A stretch of 45,488 nucleotides of DNA. Origin: an archaeon. GTDB lineage: Archaea > B1Sed10-29 > JAJSAI01. Below the pieces are notes generated by a model. It saw only the letters and a list, made by a program, of their open reading frames with translations, ran no database searches and was not told the origin of the DNA. The position numbers were made by a program, and so were the translations under genes. Location of the stretch: contig JAJSAI010000025.1 in NCBI GenBank assembly GCA_024274695.1, positions 1-45,488 of the forward strand, written 5' to 3'. Below, piece by piece: positions 44,436 to 45,488 of the stretch. Position 1 is the stretch's first letter, and each line of letters opens with the position of its first letter.

Positions 44436-45488
44436 TCACACCACCAGGATTACTGCCGCGAGGATCAACAGTCCTATCCCCATCACGAGCCTGAATTGCT
44501 TCCTGTGGGCTAGCCTGAACTTTTCAATGCTCTGCACGCTCTTGCCTTCCGCCACCGCCAGGGTTATTACTATCAACGGGAGCACGAACACTATGTTATA
44601 GATTATAAGGTATGTTATGAACAGGATGGGGTCTATTCCGCTCGAGACGAGGTATGTTATGATCCCGAGGTACATCATTCCAGAACAGGGGAACTCAACT
44701 ATCGTGACGAAAACGCCTAATACCAGCACGGCGGGTATGCTCATCCTTTTTATGAGGCGCATGACCTTCTGCTTTTGTTTCTCGTTGAGTGCGAATGAGA
44801 CCCCTTTCCCGTACCAGAAGTAGTCTTTTATGTTCACTGCAGCGGCTATTACTATGAATACTGCCACGAGGGTTTTTGCGATTCCCATTATATTCATGGC
44901 AAAGAAGCTGAACTGGTTAACAAGCATCATCGCGCCCGCGAATATTATCAGCCCGATTATGAAGTACGAAACGTAAACGCAGAAAGTGTAGATAGATCCT
45001 AGGATTATCAGATCTCTTTTGCCCGCCTTCATGTTCGTGAGGGTGGCCAGCAGTAGGCCGAGCACGGCCATTATGCAGGGGTTCACTGAATCGGCGAGGC
45101 CTGTGCCTATAACAAGGGCTAAGTCAGAGAGAATGTCTCTTTTTACCGGAGTGACTCCTCCGTTGTGAATGACCTGGGTCTTGTTCCCTTCCTGCACTGT
45201 CTCGTTCTGAGAAGCATTAACAGCAGGCACTGGATTCGGGTTGTTAACCTTGTCTACCACCTGAGAGAGGGTCTCTATTATGGGTTTGTCTCCTTGTATT
45301 ATTGTTCCGTTTCGCCAGTCTCCGCTGAAAACAAGGACTGTGGGAACTCCTGCACCCACGTGATAGTATTCAACCACCTGCAAGAACTTTTCTTGGTTTT
45401 GGGAGTTAAAGTCTAGCATGTATTTTTCAACACTCGCATTTACACTATCCAGCACTCCTGAAGAAAGCACTGCGTGACAGTGAGGGCA
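44436..45488 (-). CDS. Thioredoxin-like (CPHC) domain fused to CcdA/DsbD-type membrane domain (5' truncated by window)
   Basis: Frame is open to the window end and reads CPHCHAV; GVPT cis-Pro loop; ADSVNPC and EFPCSG redox cysteines within about six TM helices. Confidence 0.85.
   Translation of the reverse strand, partial: CPHCHAVLSSGVLDSVNASVEKYMLDFNSQNQEKFLQVVEYYHVGAGVPTVLVFSGDWRNGTIIQGDKPIIETLSQVVDKVNNPNPVPAVNASQNETVQEGNKTQVIHNGGVTPVKRDILSDLALVIGTGLADSVNPCIMAVLGLLLATLTNMKAGKRDLIILGSIYTFCVYVSYFIIGLIIFAGAMMLVNQFSFFAMNIMGIAKTLVAVFIVIAAAVNIKDYFWYGKGVSFALNEKQKQKVMRLIKRMSIPAVLVLGVFVTIVEFPCSGMMYLGIITYLVSSGIDPILFITYLIIYNIVFVLPLIVITLAVAEGKSVQSIEKFRLAHRKQFRLVMGIGLLILAAVILVV

Overview
Compact archaeal chromosome segment of about 50% GC. 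Short intergenic gaps, frequent GTG/TTG starts and streamlined proteins suggest a DPANN-like lineage, which is an inference. Housekeeping blocks are top6B-top6A; rpl21e-rpoF-DUF655-ksgA; pan; alaS; adk-ftsZ-secE-spt5-rpl11 followed by rpl1-rpl10(P0)-rpl12; rps8e; cgi121; thrC; and two intronless CCA-encoded tRNAs (Asn-GTT, Thr-CGT). They are interleaved with many single Lys/Arg-rich orphan genes and surface proteins. No CRISPR array, transposase or integrase was seen. Most notable: (1) a single-repeat 'half' TBP with a basic tail behind a palindromic array of TATA boxes; (2) three divergent kinase-like orphans, one with three PIP-box-like motifs; (3) a RaSEA-ArcS archaeosine synthase fusion; (4) a ThiI split into a THUMP/dead-PP-loop gene and a separate catalytic gene; (5) two genes that appear to start at ACG; (6) MC1 with a histone-H1-like tail; (7) a circularly permuted L1-binding hairpin over the rpl1 Shine-Dalgarno. 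All family assignments come from motif recognition by eye; no database search was run.
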